The notes: generated by a model from the sequence alone, not told the origin. Shown: positions 40,065-51,186, counted from the whole stretch's first letter. The stretch is DNA of 63,188 nucleotides, filler included, from Bdellovibrionota bacterium (GCA_963169515.1; 4 parts of 4 records of this genome joined end to end with filler, not necessarily neighbours in it); one strand, 5' to 3'. Program-made: numbers and translations.

Positions 40065-41330
40065 TTAGAATATTTCTCCTGGCAGCAAAGTTGTCGCCCG
40101 TCCGCGTACGTTATCTATTAGGATGCCGTCTTTGAGCGTGCCATCGCCTTGCTCACATGGTGTAGGTGTCGGTGTAGGCGTAGGCGTAGGCGTAGGCGTC
40201 GGTGTAGCTGTTGGCGTTGGCTTAGGGGTCGGAGTTGGGCACGGTGGCTTCGGCGTTGGCTTAGGAGTCGGAGTTGGGCACGGTGGCTTCGGTGTTGGCT
40301 TAGGAGTCGGAGTTGGGCACGGTGGCTTTGGTGGCCTACAGTCTTTGTGACATTTTTTCTTACAATCTTTAAGCGGACATTTGTGCTTACATTTGTGATC
40401 TTTCTTTTTGCAATCTTTATGATGTCCGTATCCGTGGCCATTTCCGTGCTCATAGTGACCGCGGCCATTTTGATTTTGGTGTGTATCGGCATTTGATGGG
40501 CTTCGTAAATCGCAGTAATCATCACCAGCTATTACCATACTGCTTGATTGTATTTTAGCTAGTGGCAGTGACTGCTGGCCGCAAGTTCCAGTATTTAACC
40601 CGTCACGCATAGTTCCTACAAATCGGAATACAAATGTACCGCCATTACCCACCAAGTTGGGATCGTGTAAATCGATAATTGCTAGACCATTTCTCCAATC
40701 GACCACACTGTGATTTGTGCCGTCGAAGCCCTGTCCGTCAAAATTGCTTTCAAAAACTGTGACCCAATTATTTGAAAGCATTCCACTTACACCGAGGCCA
40801 TCATCATTGGCCCCACATTCGTTTAAAGTCCCACGGCACACTTCAAGGCGAAGGTTTTCAGGCACTGTATCGTCGGCATCATTTAACCCAACGGGCAAAT
40901 ATTGAAATGTCAAAACTGCTGTGTTGAATAAACTTAAATCATAACTTTGGGAAACCACGTGAATCACTTCCACCTTGTCGCCATTTGAGCGACCATTTAA
41001 TAGAAGGAACCGTTCTTGATCTGCGGCTGGCCCAAACTCGCCTGCAGGTGGAATTCGTGCACCGGCACCATTACTTTGGAAGCCTAATACGGGAGCAGGA
41101 TCGTCTTCAACCAAGCCTCTCCACCCATATATAATGCTATTTTGTACATCTTCAAAAATGTTATCGCGTTCAAATGAATCAACAAGGAAAAACATATCAT
41201 CAACAACTTCATCATCTTGTGCAGTAACGTCGGTTGCCTTGTTCTGAGTTTTATAAAACTCAGCTTTGCTACAACCAAATAGCGATATACTTAACAGAAA
41301 TGCTGCAAACATTAAGTACGTCGTTTTCAT
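40065..41330 (-). CDS. lipoprotein with beta-sandwich domain and His/Cys/Lys- and Pro/Thr-rich insert
   Basis: Lipobox LFGC; start at ATG 41330 after GAGG; FVFRF and GILIDNV strands flank the low-complexity segment. Confidence 0.78.
   Translation of the reverse strand: MKTTYLMFAAFLLSISLFGCSKAEFYKTQNKATDVTAQDDEVVDDMFFLVDSFERDNIFEDVQNSIIYGWRGLVEDDPAPVLGFQSNGAGARIPPAGEFGPAADQERFLLLNGRSNGDKVEVIHVVSQSYDLSLFNTAVLTFQYLPVGLNDADDTVPENLRLEVCRGTLNECGANDDGLGVSGMLSNNWVTVFESNFDGQGFDGTNHSVVDWRNGLAIIDLHDPNLVGNGGTFVFRFVGTMRDGLNTGTCGQQSLPLAKIQSSSMVIAGDDYCDLRSPSNADTHQNQNGRGHYEHGNGHGYGHHKDCKKKDHKCKHKCPLKDCKKKCHKDCRPPKPPCPTPTPKPTPKPPCPTPTPKPTPKPPCPTPTPKPTPTATPTPTPTPTPTPTPTPCEQGDGTLKDGILIDNVRGRATTLLPGEIF
40213..40329. 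repeat. three tandem 39-bp repeats (KPPCPTPTPKPTP)
   Basis: Near-identical units at 40213, 40252 and 40291, next to a 6-bp-period PT tract. Confidence 0.92.
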
Positions 41331-41697
41331 ATAGGGTCCTCTCATGGTTACTCTGAAGGCCATACTCAAGCCTCCACGACCCTACACAGTACAAGTTCTG
41401 GTCCACGTGCCAAAAAAGGTAACTATTTAATTTCTAAATGTTTTTAAAAATGTCGAACAAATGTACAAATCGTTACTAACTTTCCATGAGTTTTGTAGCT
41501 ATGGCATTAACAGAGAAAATTTCGATACTTAGCTCTTGAACGATTATGTAACAGGGGAATTGCCGTTTTACAGTTCTTATACACCTTCAATCGCCATATG
41601 TGCGATTTGGCCCTCGTCTCTTTTTGATACGTTATTAGATCAAAATTAGACCAGAATAGAATGCCCTCAATTGATTTAGCTGCGAAATGCGAACCAA

Positions 41698-42030
41698 CTA
41701 CTTAGGGGCACCCAGAATAATTATTTCCTGAATAACAGGGGCACTTACCTGAAATTCATATGTCTGAATCTCCGGAGCTTCAGTACACGCAGCTCCCATT
41801 TCTTTTAGAAGGACGCCAATCGTTGCCCTTGACGCTCTTAAATCAATGTCCTGAAGGGTTCCTGCAACTTTAGCATTGCAAGGAACTTCCACGGTAAGCG
41901 TATATTGTGTCGCTGGAAACAGGTGATTGCTTCTAACGTCAGTTACATTTGCTGGAAAAAGCTTATCCGCAGCATATACATTGCTAGTGACCAGTAAGCC
42001 TGCAAAGAGAGTTGCTCTTAATAAAGCCAT
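41698..42030 (-). CDS. small hypothetical secreted protein
   Basis: Signal peptide (VYA), two Cys, AGGAG RBS. Confidence 0.7.
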   Translation of the reverse strand: MALLRATLFAGLLVTSNVYAADKLFPANVTDVRSNHLFPATQYTLTVEVPCNAKVAGTLQDIDLRASRATIGVLLKEMGAACTEAPEIQTYEFQVSAPVIQEIIILGAPK

Positions 42031-42150
42031 TTTAATTCTCCTTTGTTTAATGAAAGTTCCTCAAAGAAAGTACATCCGTGTTATCTAACGAATGTGGTCC
42101 GGAATCAACACATTTTAGGTTTGTATCCACGCAAGTGAGCCACTTTACGC

Positions 42151-45100
42151 CTACCCGATTTCTACAAAATCCGTTCCGCCAAAAGCCGTATTGAGTTCGT
42201 CAAAGAACTCACGAGAAGCCTGCACTCCGCTGGGATCTGTTACCTTCATTGTTACATTTTGCTGAAGTTCGTTCAGACTTAACCGCAAATACACTTGAGT
42301 TTTTCCTGGATGTTTTTCCATCAGCTTTCTAAGCACAGCCATTTGGGGCGACATTTCATTTGAAATTTTTAAGAACATTTGCTTTGAATCTTTGATTTTC
42401 TGCTCAAGAGCAACAATGTTTTCGACCAAAATCTTAGGTTTTTGTTCTGCTTTTTCTAATATCCCTTCAACAATTAGAATTCCGTCAGATTTCACTAGGG
42501 CCTCAACCTTTGCATAGACGTCAGGAAATATCACAAGCTCAATGGTGCCACTCAAGTCTTCTAGCGAAGCAAACGCCATACGCGTCCCCTTCTTTGTGAT
42601 CATTTCTCGCCCCAAGGTCAATAATCCGCCCAATACAATTTTGCTTTTGTTTTTTAATTTATCGACATCCAAAACACAGCCTGTGACAAAGGGTCGAATA
42701 ATTCCCTCATAACCTGTCAACGGATGATCACTGATGTAAAAGCCTAAAACTTCCTTTTCGCAATTGAGCTTTGCCGATTTTGACCAGTCCGACGTATCCA
42801 CTAATTCGATCTTTGTTTCAGGCGAGTTCTCAATCAAAGAGAATAAATTTTCTTGCCCCACTTCTCTATCCTGCCTGTCGCCCTCCATCATCTCAACAAT
42901 GCGTTCGTAGCCAGAAAACAGCTTTGCTCGATTTTTTTCTAGTGAATCGAACGCGCCTGCTTTAATCAGACATTCAATCACTTTCTTGTTTACTCGACGC
43001 AGATCTACGTTGCCAAAGAACTCATCCAACGAATTGAACTTTTTCTCTGACAAGTTATTGCGCGCTTCAAGAATTGCATCAACAGCGGCTTCGCCCACAC
43101 CCTTAACGCCACCCAAACCAAAGAATACTGTGTCTCCTGATACTGAAAACTTGTGCCCTGAATAATTTACGTCAGGCTGTCGAACCTCTATTCCCTGACG
43201 ACGTGCGCTCTTTACGTATTTTACAATCTTATCCGTGTCACTTAATTCAGTACTCAATAACGCTGCGTAAAACTCAACGGGATAATAACACTTTAACCAC
43301 GCAGTTTGTGCCGCAATCACACAATAAGCTGCCGCATGGGACTTGTTAAATCCGTATTCAGCAAATTTGGCTAATAGGTCAAACAGCTCCTCGGATTTTT
43401 TTTCATCGAATCCATTTGCAATAGCACCTTTTAAAAAACGGGCTCTCTGCGCCTGCATTTCGCTTGCAATTTTTTTACCCATTGCACGCCGAAGAATGTC
43501 TGCTTCACCCAAAGAATAGCCCGCTATTCGGGCTGCAATTAATTGCACCTGTTCTTGATAAACAATAATTCCATAAGTCTCCCTTAATATGTCTTCCAGC
43601 TCTGGGAATGCATACTTAATAGGTATCTCGCCATGTTTGCGCCCCACATATTCGTCCAGCATTTGCATTGGACCCGGTCGATAGAGGGCATTGATGGCGA
43701 CAATATCCTCAAACACTGCCGGACGTACTTTTTGAATTAGATCGCTAATTCCGTCTCCCTCAAACTGAAATATACCTGCCGTGTTCCCTTCGCTCATAAT
43801 TTGATAAATTCCGGGGTCAGACATCGGAATATTTTCAATACTAATTTTCTTATTACGATTAAGTTCAATTAACTTCCGAGCGTCTTCAATCATGGTTAAG
43901 GTCTTTAGACCCAAAAAATCAAACTTGATTAATCCGATATTTTCAGAATTTTTCATGTCGTACTGAACAACATTTTCGCCTTCAACACCCTTATAGAGTG
44001 GGGCATGTTCGACAAGTGGCTTATCAGAAATAATCACACCTGCCGCATGAATCGAAGCATGTCGGTTTAAGCCTTCGATTTTTCGTGCGACTTCCATTAG
44101 GTTTGCAATTTTAGGATCAGCCTCCATCATTTCATTAAATCTCGGTTCAATTTTTAAGGCTTCATCAAGCGTGATCCCTAATTTGTCCGGCATGAGCTTC
44201 GCAATAACGTCTACCTCGCTAAATGTCATTCCCATCACACGTCCCACATCACGAATGGCAGCTCGCGCCTGCAATTTCCCGAACGTGATAATCTGTGAAA
44301 CGCATTGTTCGCCGTACTTATCCGTTACATATTGAATCACTTCCCCACGACGGTCTTGACAAAAATCGATATCGAAGTCTGGCATTGAAACCCGTTCAGG
44401 GTTAAGGAACCGTTCAAAAATTAATTTGTTTGTAATCGGATTTAAATCTGTAATGCCGAGTGAATATGCTACAAGAGATCCAGCTCCAGAACCTCGGCCC
44501 GGCCCAACTGGAATATTTTTTGATTTTGCCCAACCAATAAAGTCTGAGACGATCAGAAAATAACCATTAAATCCCATTTTATCAATAATCGTAAGCTCAT
44601 AATCCAAGCGTTGTCGATAGCTTAGCTTGTCTTCTTCTGTGATCGCTTCACCACGAATGGCATGTTCTGCAAAGCGTTTATCTAGACCAATTTCTGATTG
44701 GTCTTTGATTTCGTCATTTAATGATCGACCATTTTTTGTCGGAAAGGATGGAAGATAGTAAATAGGTTTCCCGGTTTCGTCCTTAAATTTAAATTTCACA
44801 TTACAACGATCTGCTATTTCCAGCGTCCGATCGCAGGCCTCAGGAAGGTCCTTAAACAGATTTCTCATTTCGGTTGGCGATTTAAAATAGAACTGATCTG
44901 ATCCAAGCTTGAAGCGTGAATCGTCTTGCAAGGTTTTATTAGAACCAATACACAACATCACTTCCTGGGCAAAGGAATCCTCTTTTTCCAAATAGTAAAT
45001 GTCATTTGTCGCAAGCGTTGGAACGCTCACAATTTTTGCAGCCTCAACTAAAAATGAATTCACTTCATTCCACTTATCAAGCCCTGGGCGTTGAAGCTCC

Positions 45101-45618
45101 ACGTACAGACGATCGTCAAAAATTGTTTTTAGTTTCCTAAGCTTTTCTACAGCCTCATCTCTGCCACGATCAAGATAGGCGCTCGCAACAGGCCCACGCA
45201 ACCCTCCGGTAAGACAAATAATACTCTTATTAAATTTCTCTAAAACTTCGTAATCTATGCGTGGTTTATAATAAAAACCTTCTTGGAACCCAATCGTCGA
45301 AAGCTTACAGAGCGTCTGATAACCTTCAAAATTCTGAGCCAATAGCACTACACGTTCGTTTGGTTCCCTGGCATTTTTGTCTTCGCCCTTTTTAAATCTT
45401 CCGTTTGGCGCGACATAGGCATCAAAGCCAATTATTGGCTTAATCCCCTTATCTAAGCAGGCTTTGTAAAATTCAATCACTCCAAACATATTTCCATTGT
45501 CAGTTATGGCTACGGCCGGCATCCCAAAAGAGACTGCGCGCTCAACTATTTTTTTTGTATCTGTGCTTGCCTCAAGCAACGAATACTGTGTGTGTACATG
45601 CAGATGTACGAATGACAT
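42151..45618 (-). CDS. dnaE: DNA polymerase III alpha subunit
   Basis: FVHLHVHTQYSLL PHP domain, GPGRGSGAGS, MPDFDIDF, KFDFLGL, YGFNKSH. Confidence 0.98.
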   Translation of the reverse strand: MSFVHLHVHTQYSLLEASTDTKKIVERAVSFGMPAVAITDNGNMFGVIEFYKACLDKGIKPIIGFDAYVAPNGRFKKGEDKNAREPNERVVLLAQNFEGYQTLCKLSTIGFQEGFYYKPRIDYEVLEKFNKSIICLTGGLRGPVASAYLDRGRDEAVEKLRKLKTIFDDRLYVELQRPGLDKWNEVNSFLVEAAKIVSVPTLATNDIYYLEKEDSFAQEVMLCIGSNKTLQDDSRFKLGSDQFYFKSPTEMRNLFKDLPEACDRTLEIADRCNVKFKFKDETGKPIYYLPSFPTKNGRSLNDEIKDQSEIGLDKRFAEHAIRGEAITEEDKLSYRQRLDYELTIIDKMGFNGYFLIVSDFIGWAKSKNIPVGPGRGSGAGSLVAYSLGITDLNPITNKLIFERFLNPERVSMPDFDIDFCQDRRGEVIQYVTDKYGEQCVSQIITFGKLQARAAIRDVGRVMGMTFSEVDVIAKLMPDKLGITLDEALKIEPRFNEMMEADPKIANLMEVARKIEGLNRHASIHAAGVIISDKPLVEHAPLYKGVEGENVVQYDMKNSENIGLIKFDFLGLKTLTMIEDARKLIELNRNKKISIENIPMSDPGIYQIMSEGNTAGIFQFEGDGISDLIQKVRPAVFEDIVAINALYRPGPMQMLDEYVGRKHGEIPIKYAFPELEDILRETYGIIVYQEQVQLIAARIAGYSLGEADILRRAMGKKIASEMQAQRARFLKGAIANGFDEKKSEELFDLLAKFAEYGFNKSHAAAYCVIAAQTAWLKCYYPVEFYAALLSTELSDTDKIVKYVKSARRQGIEVRQPDVNYSGHKFSVSGDTVFFGLGGVKGVGEAAVDAILEARNNLSEKKFNSLDEFFGNVDLRRVNKKVIECLIKAGAFDSLEKNRAKLFSGYERIVEMMEGDRQDREVGQENLFSLIENSPETKIELVDTSDWSKSAKLNCEKEVLGFYISDHPLTGYEGIIRPFVTGCVLDVDKLKNKSKIVLGGLLTLGREMITKKGTRMAFASLEDLSGTIELVIFPDVYAKVEALVKSDGILIVEGILEKAEQKPKILVENIVALEQKIKDSKQMFLKISNEMSPQMAVLRKLMEKHPGKTQVYLRLSLNELQQNVTMKVTDPSGVQASREFFDELNTAFGGTDFVEIG

Positions 45619-45633
45619 TTAAAACGCCCCCAA

Positions 45634-47151
45634 TTACTCCCACTCGATTGTGCCGGGTGGTTTGCTTGTGATATCATAAACCACTCGGTTTATTTTTCTC
45701 ACTTCATTTGTGATTCTGCTTGAAACTTTTTTCAAAAATTCAGGACGAAACGGAAACCAGTCGGCGGTCATCGCATCTTTTGACACAACGGCCCTTAAAG
45801 CCACCGTCTTTTCATAAGACCGCGAATCTCCCTGAACCCCAACTGTTCGGACAGGAAGCAACACAGCTCCGGCCTGCCAAATCTGATTGTAAAGGCCGTT
45901 TGCTTTTAATTCTTCCACATAAATTGCATCCGCTTCGCGTAAAATATCCAAATCTTGTTTTGTAACTTCTCCGACAAGGCGAATTCCAAGGCCTGGCCCT
46001 GGGAACGGATGTCTCATTAGCATTTCAACTGGAATTTCTAGCGCTTTCCCAATTTGGCGGACCTCGTCCTTGAAAAGTTCGCGCAATGGCTCTACAAGCT
46101 TCAGTTTTAATTTCTCAGGTAGCCCGCCCACATTGTGATGGGTCTTAATGGTCACGGATGGGCCACGCGGGGACAAACTTTCAATCACGTCAGGATATAA
46201 AGTCCCTTGAGCAAGCCATTTCACATGATCTAAATGATGGATATGTTCATCAAAAACCTCTATAAACGCATGACCTATAATTTTTCTTTTCTGCTCGGGA
46301 TCGGAAACACCCTTGAGTTGATTTAAAAATCTTTTTTCTTCGCGTAGCCCGACAACATTAAGGCCCAGCGTTGTATAGGAAGACATTACATCTTCAAATT
46401 CATTTTTTCTCAAAAGCCCATTGTCAACAAATACGCAATTGACTCTCTTCGCCCCTAAGATTTTTGTCAGTAGCACGCCCACAACTGTTGAATCCACACC
46501 CCCACTCAATGCACAGATTACATCTTCATTGTCTGGAATTTGTGTCAAAATATTTGTAGAAATATGGTCGATGATATTTCGGGGATCCCACGTAGGCTTT
46601 ATTTTACAAAAATCAAATAAAAACGCTCGTAACAAATCTTCGCCATGCTCTGTGTGTGTCACCTCAGGATGAAATTGAAATGCCCATATCCGGTCAGATT
46701 GAATCGCCGCGGGGATTCCTTTTTGTGATCGAGCAACTACTCTAAAATTTTTTGGAACCTCATCAACAGAATCTCCATGACTCATCCATACGCTTTGCTC
46801 AAATGGGACGTTTGAAATCGCTTGATCCCAGATAATTTGCGTTAAGCCGTATTCACCACCCTCGGTCTTCTTCTTAACAGTCCCGCCATAAGATTGTGAA
46901 ATCAATTGCATCCCGTAACACAACCCCAAAAGCGGGGCTAACTCAGACAGTTCACGGATATTTCGTTGCGGAGCCCCCACTTCATAAACAGAATTGGGGC
47001 CTCCACTTAAGATAATAGCCTCTGGCTTCATCTCTACTAGTTTTTGCAATGGAATATCAAAACGTACTATTTCGCTATAAACTTTTAATTCCCTCAACCG
47101 TCTTGCGATCAATTGAGTGTATTGCGATCCAAAATCTAAAATTGTTACCAC
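45634..47151 (-). CDS. guaA: GMP synthase (glutamine-hydrolysing)
   Basis: LDFGSQY, GLCYGMQ, QFHPEV, SGGVDS, KPPGTIEWE; likely GTG start at 47151. Confidence 0.97.
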   Translation of the reverse strand: MVTILDFGSQYTQLIARRLRELKVYSEIVRFDIPLQKLVEMKPEAIILSGGPNSVYEVGAPQRNIRELSELAPLLGLCYGMQLISQSYGGTVKKKTEGGEYGLTQIIWDQAISNVPFEQSVWMSHGDSVDEVPKNFRVVARSQKGIPAAIQSDRIWAFQFHPEVTHTEHGEDLLRAFLFDFCKIKPTWDPRNIIDHISTNILTQIPDNEDVICALSGGVDSTVVGVLLTKILGAKRVNCVFVDNGLLRKNEFEDVMSSYTTLGLNVVGLREEKRFLNQLKGVSDPEQKRKIIGHAFIEVFDEHIHHLDHVKWLAQGTLYPDVIESLSPRGPSVTIKTHHNVGGLPEKLKLKLVEPLRELFKDEVRQIGKALEIPVEMLMRHPFPGPGLGIRLVGEVTKQDLDILREADAIYVEELKANGLYNQIWQAGAVLLPVRTVGVQGDSRSYEKTVALRAVVSKDAMTADWFPFRPEFLKKVSSRITNEVRKINRVVYDITSKPPGTIEWE

Positions 47152-47152
47152 A

Positions 47153-48613
47153 CTAGTGATCCATCCTGTAGTTCGGGGCTTCCTTTGTAATGGAAACATC
47201 GTGAACATGCGACTCACGCAATCCATGCGTTGTAATTCGAATCACTTCTGCATTATCTTGCAGATCTTGAATTGATTCCGCCCCTAAATAGCCCATACCT
47301 GATTTTAGTCCTCCAACCAATTGGTGCATCACACTCCCAACAGTGCCTTTGTGCGGAACACGTCCCTCAATACCTTCTGGAACAAGTTTGTCATGATCTT
47401 CCACTTCCATCTGTCCGTACCTATCTTTAGAGCCTTTTGCCATTGCTCCCAGACTTCCCATACCGCGGTATAATTTGTATGTTCGGCCTTGATACAAAAT
47501 GGTTTCTCCTGGAGATTCTTCTGTACCTGCAATTAAATTCCCAACCATGACCGCATTAGCCCCAATTGCAAGCGCTTTTGTAATGTCACCCGAGTACCGT
47601 ACACCGCCATCGGCAATCACCGATTTTCCAACTTTTTTTGCAACAGTCGCGCAATCTGCAATAGCAGTCACCTGTGGCACCCCAACACCTGCAATCATGC
47701 GCGTTGTGCATATGCTCCCGCTCCCAATACCTACCTTAGCAACATCTGCTCCAGCCCCAAACAAGGCTTCTGCACCATCTGCGGTTGCAATATTTCCTGC
47801 AACGAGGACCACATCTTTAAAGCGTTTTGCCAAATAAGAAACCGTTTCAATCACATTTTTTGAGTGTCCGTGAGCTGTATCAACAACCAAAATATCGACG
47901 CCAGAGGCAACCAGAGCGTCTGCACGCTCAAAGGCTTCTGCACCCACGCCTACCGCTGCCGCTGCAATAAGACGGCCCTTCGAATCTTTTGAGGCCAACG
48001 GATAGTCTTTTGCTTTGTCGATGTCTTTGATTGTGATAAGTCCTTTCAGATTGCCCTCTGAATCCACAACCGGGAGTTTTTCAATTCTGTGTTCTTGCAA
48101 AATCCCTTTTGCTTGTTCCAAAGTGGTTCCTATATGGGCCGTCACCAAATTCTTTGCCGTCATTACATTTTCGATTTGCTGATCTAGATTTTTTTCATAG
48201 CGCAGATCTCGGTTCGTTAAAATTCCGACAAGCTTTCCTCCGACGGTGATTGGCACACCGCTGATTCCATATTTTTTCATTAAACTGACAGCTTCGGAAA
48301 CTTTTGCCTTCGGTCCCAGGGTGATCGGATCGGTGATCATGCCGCTTTCGTATTTTTTAACTTTTTCAACCTCAAAAGCTTGATTTTGAATTGAGAGATT
48401 TTTATGAATTACGCCGAAACCACCATTTTGCGCCATGATCCGAGCGACCTTATTTTCAGTTACCGTGTCCATCGCTGCCGAAATCAAAGGCATATTGAGA
48501 TAAACATTTCGAGCAAACCATGTTCGTGTTGATATTTGCGTGGGAACAAGCTCCGAATATTGGGGAACAAGCAGAATGTCATCGAATGTGAGTGCTTCCC
48601 TAAACTTTTCCAT
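47153..48613 (-). CDS. guaB: IMP dehydrogenase
   Basis: [17 protein letters not shown] pair, [25 protein letters not shown] before ATG 48613. Confidence 0.98.
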   Translation of the reverse strand: MEKFREALTFDDILLVPQYSELVPTQISTRTWFARNVYLNMPLISAAMDTVTENKVARIMAQNGGFGVIHKNLSIQNQAFEVEKVKKYESGMITDPITLGPKAKVSEAVSLMKKYGISGVPITVGGKLVGILTNRDLRYEKNLDQQIENVMTAKNLVTAHIGTTLEQAKGILQEHRIEKLPVVDSEGNLKGLITIKDIDKAKDYPLASKDSKGRLIAAAAVGVGAEAFERADALVASGVDILVVDTAHGHSKNVIETVSYLAKRFKDVVLVAGNIATADGAEALFGAGADVAKVGIGSGSICTTRMIAGVGVPQVTAIADCATVAKKVGKSVIADGGVRYSGDITKALAIGANAVMVGNLIAGTEESPGETILYQGRTYKLYRGMGSLGAMAKGSKDRYGQMEVEDHDKLVPEGIEGRVPHKGTVGSVMHQLVGGLKSGMGYLGAESIQDLQDNAEVIRITTHGLRESHVHDVSITKEAPNYRMDH

Positions 48614-48654
48614 CTTCGACCTCCTCAAGTAAAGTGGCTCACCTGTTTAGCGGG

Positions 48655-49176
48655 TCAGGTCAGATACCAACTCTTGTAAAAAACGTAATTTTCTGCTGAC
48701 TGCTTTAAAAATTTTAATTCGTCATCTTTGAGCGAGCGAATGGCCTTTGCCGGACGCCCTAAAATCATCTGACCTGTTTCAAATCTACTTTCCTCTGTAA
48801 CTAGTGAACCCGCCCCAATAAATGAATTTTTTTTGATGTGAGCAAGATCCATCAGCGTGCTACCCATGCCAATCAAAACATAGTCTTCAATAGTACAGCC
48901 GTGAAGAACCACCGCGTGCCCCACAGTCACACCCTCACCGATTTTGACACCACATTTTTTGTATGTGCCGTGAATGATCGTTCCATCCTGAATATTTGTC
49001 TTATTGCCGATTTCAATTTGGCAAACATCCCCCCGAATAACCGTATTATACCAAATCGAACAGTCATCACCGATAATCACGTCACCAATAATTGTTGCGT
49101 TTTCAGCAATAAAAACATTTTTTCCAATCTTGGGCGTTCTTCCATTCAATGATCGAATATTTGCCCCGTTGCTCAT
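48655..49176 (-). CDS. gamma carbonic anhydrase-family protein
   Basis: Hexapeptide repeats, RGD, NIQD...H, GH...HGC; start at ATG 49176. Confidence 0.92.
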   Translation of the reverse strand: MSNGANIRSLNGRTPKIGKNVFIAENATIIGDVIIGDDCSIWYNTVIRGDVCQIEIGNKTNIQDGTIIHGTYKKCGVKIGEGVTVGHAVVLHGCTIEDYVLIGMGSTLMDLAHIKKNSFIGAGSLVTEESRFETGQMILGRPAKAIRSLKDDELKFLKQSAENYVFYKSWYLT

Positions 49177-50507
49177 CACTGCACCATCTCTCCGTGCAAG
49201 GTCTGTGGAAACGCCTTGTGCACAGCCATTTTTACAGTTTTTCCGATCAAATCTTGGCTGCCCTGGAAGTGACAAATTTTATTTTGGGTACTTCGTCCCA
49301 TAACACCTTTATCGCTTTGTCGATTTTTTGATTCCACAAGTACGTCCAGGACTTTGCCTTCGTATCTCAAAGCCAAGGGAAACGCGATTTCCCGTTGCCG
49401 CTCAAAAAGCTTGGACAACCTTTTAGATTTTACGTCGTCAGCGACTTGGTCCGTGTAGCGCGCTGCTTTGGTAAAGGGACGTGGACTGAACGTGAACGCA
49501 TACAGCGATTCGTATTTAACAACGTCCAGTAAGCTTAGAGTATCTTCAAATTGTTTTTCCGTTTCACCGGGGAATCCTACAATCAAATCTGTGGACAAAG
49601 AAACCTCTGGTAAATAGCTGCGGATCATGTCGACTTTTGCCAAATACTCTTCACGTGTATAAACGCGATTCATGCGATTCAACACCTCTGAATTTCCAGA
49701 CTGTGCGGGCAGATGAATATAATCGCAAATTTTTGTTTGGTATTTTTGAGAAATCTGACACAGTTCCTCAGTGAAATCCTTTGGATGAGACGTTATGTAA
49801 CGAATGCGTTGAATATCCGTGTCTTCAGCTAATGTTTTAAGAAGTTGAGCAAAATTAACTTTTTCTTCATCCATATAAGAATTTACATTTTGTCCAAGTA
49901 GCGTGACTTCTTTCACCCCTCGGCTGACAAGCGTTTTAACGTCTTTGACTATATCGTTTAGCGGACGACTGCGTAAACGCCCGCGCGTGAACGGCACAAC
50001 ACAGAATGTGCAAAAATTATCACATCCTTTTGTGATATTCACAAAGGTCGACACACCAGGATTTCGAACTAAAGTTTCAATTTGATAGGGCTCATTATTG
50101 TGAAAGCGCGCACCGATAACCCGCTTGTCTTGGGCATATACCTCCGTAAGAATTGAGGGAAGCTCGTCGATATTGTCTGGACCAAACACAAAGTCAATCA
50201 GGGGTTGATCCAACGGCAACTTACCTTTTTCTTGTTGCCCTACACAACCGCCAACTCCGATCACAAGGTTTGGGTTCTTTAGCTTTAACTTTTTGTAGCG
50301 CCCGACTTCAGAATGCACTTTTTGGACAGGCTTTTCGCGCACACTACACGAGTTTACAATTATCACGTCGGCTTGTTCAGGAGTTGCCACTGGGGCGTAG
50401 TTTTGCATCTCAAGAAGAGAGTACATCCGCTCGGTGTCGTTTTCATTCATTTGACAGCCATAAGTGGAGATATAAACACCTGGGATTTTCCCATTTATTT
50501 CAGACAT
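49176..50507 (-). CDS. miaB: tRNA methylthiotransferase
   Basis: TYGCQMN, NSCSVRE, GCDNFCTFCVVP radical-SAM motif, TRAM domain. Confidence 0.96.
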   Translation of the reverse strand: MSEINGKIPGVYISTYGCQMNENDTERMYSLLEMQNYAPVATPEQADVIIVNSCSVREKPVQKVHSEVGRYKKLKLKNPNLVIGVGGCVGQQEKGKLPLDQPLIDFVFGPDNIDELPSILTEVYAQDKRVIGARFHNNEPYQIETLVRNPGVSTFVNITKGCDNFCTFCVVPFTRGRLRSRPLNDIVKDVKTLVSRGVKEVTLLGQNVNSYMDEEKVNFAQLLKTLAEDTDIQRIRYITSHPKDFTEELCQISQKYQTKICDYIHLPAQSGNSEVLNRMNRVYTREEYLAKVDMIRSYLPEVSLSTDLIVGFPGETEKQFEDTLSLLDVVKYESLYAFTFSPRPFTKAARYTDQVADDVKSKRLSKLFERQREIAFPLALRYEGKVLDVLVESKNRQSDKGVMGRSTQNKICHFQGSQDLIGKTVKMAVHKAFPQTLHGEMVQ

Positions 50508-50627
50508 TTATGCTTACTCCGGCGTGTAATTTTTAACCCTTCTGGGCATGATTCAAGGAAGTTGTGGATCTTATAATGCGGATAGGCTAATGTTGTCAAA
50601 TTCAATCCCCTGAACAGAGACGGTATT

Positions 50628-51119
50628 ATGAGACCAAGAAGACCAAATTCTGACCCCACAAAAGCAGGTAAAATTCCACCAGAACTAATTAAAATGGTCG
50701 CAGAAGAAGTGAAGGAACAATACAAAGCGTTCCTAGAGGATAAGACCCTAATTATCGATGGGTTGATGTATGTGGATGAGGTTTATCTCTCAATCGGGTT
50801 CAGGGAAAAAGATGCTTTAAGACAGGTGAATTTTGAGGCCTCTGTCGACTTTGATACTGAAAGTATGAAGGCCTTGGATCAAATCCATCTTGCCATAGAC
50901 GCAATTGATTCCATGATGGCCGAATATGTTGCAACAGAGGGCGATATCGAATTGCCTTTTGATTGGAGAGCATTTGATTATGGCGGTGTAACTGTATTCC
51001 TACGGCACAACACAGAGAATTCTGAAATTGAAAAATTAACGGAAGAATTTTTAAAACAACACCCAGAAGCGGTTGAAGACCAGGAAGAAAACTCAGAGCC
51101 AGAAACTCCTCTACATTAA
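50628..51119 (+). CDS. hypothetical acidic protein
   Basis: 163-aa ORF filling the space between miaB and the next gene. Confidence 0.75.
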   Translation: MRPRRPNSDPTKAGKIPPELIKMVAEEVKEQYKAFLEDKTLIIDGLMYVDEVYLSIGFREKDALRQVNFEASVDFDTESMKALDQIHLAIDAIDSMMAEYVATEGDIELPFDWRAFDYGGVTVFLRHNTENSEIEKLTEEFLKQHPEAVEDQEENSEPETPLH

Positions 51120-51186
51120 GAAATAAGACCCAAAATCGTAGGGATATTGTCTCTGTCTTCGGAAATGAAATGAACTTATTGATGTC

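Noticed and set aside
40213..40329. 39-bp repeats as a possible CRISPR array
   Set aside because: No spacers, in-frame coding repeats, and no cas genes.
40118..40525. Alternative-frame GV-, RW- and RLRL-repeat ORFs
   Set aside because: Other-frame readings of the Pro/Thr repeat of the lipoprotein.
41331..41697. Possible riboswitch or sigma54 promoter upstream of the His/Cys-rich lipoprotein
   Set aside because: TTGGCACG is present on the minus strand but lacks a correctly spaced GC, and I recognise no riboswitch consensus.
42151..45618. Intein or split in dnaE
   Set aside because: Length (1155 aa) and motif spacing are normal.
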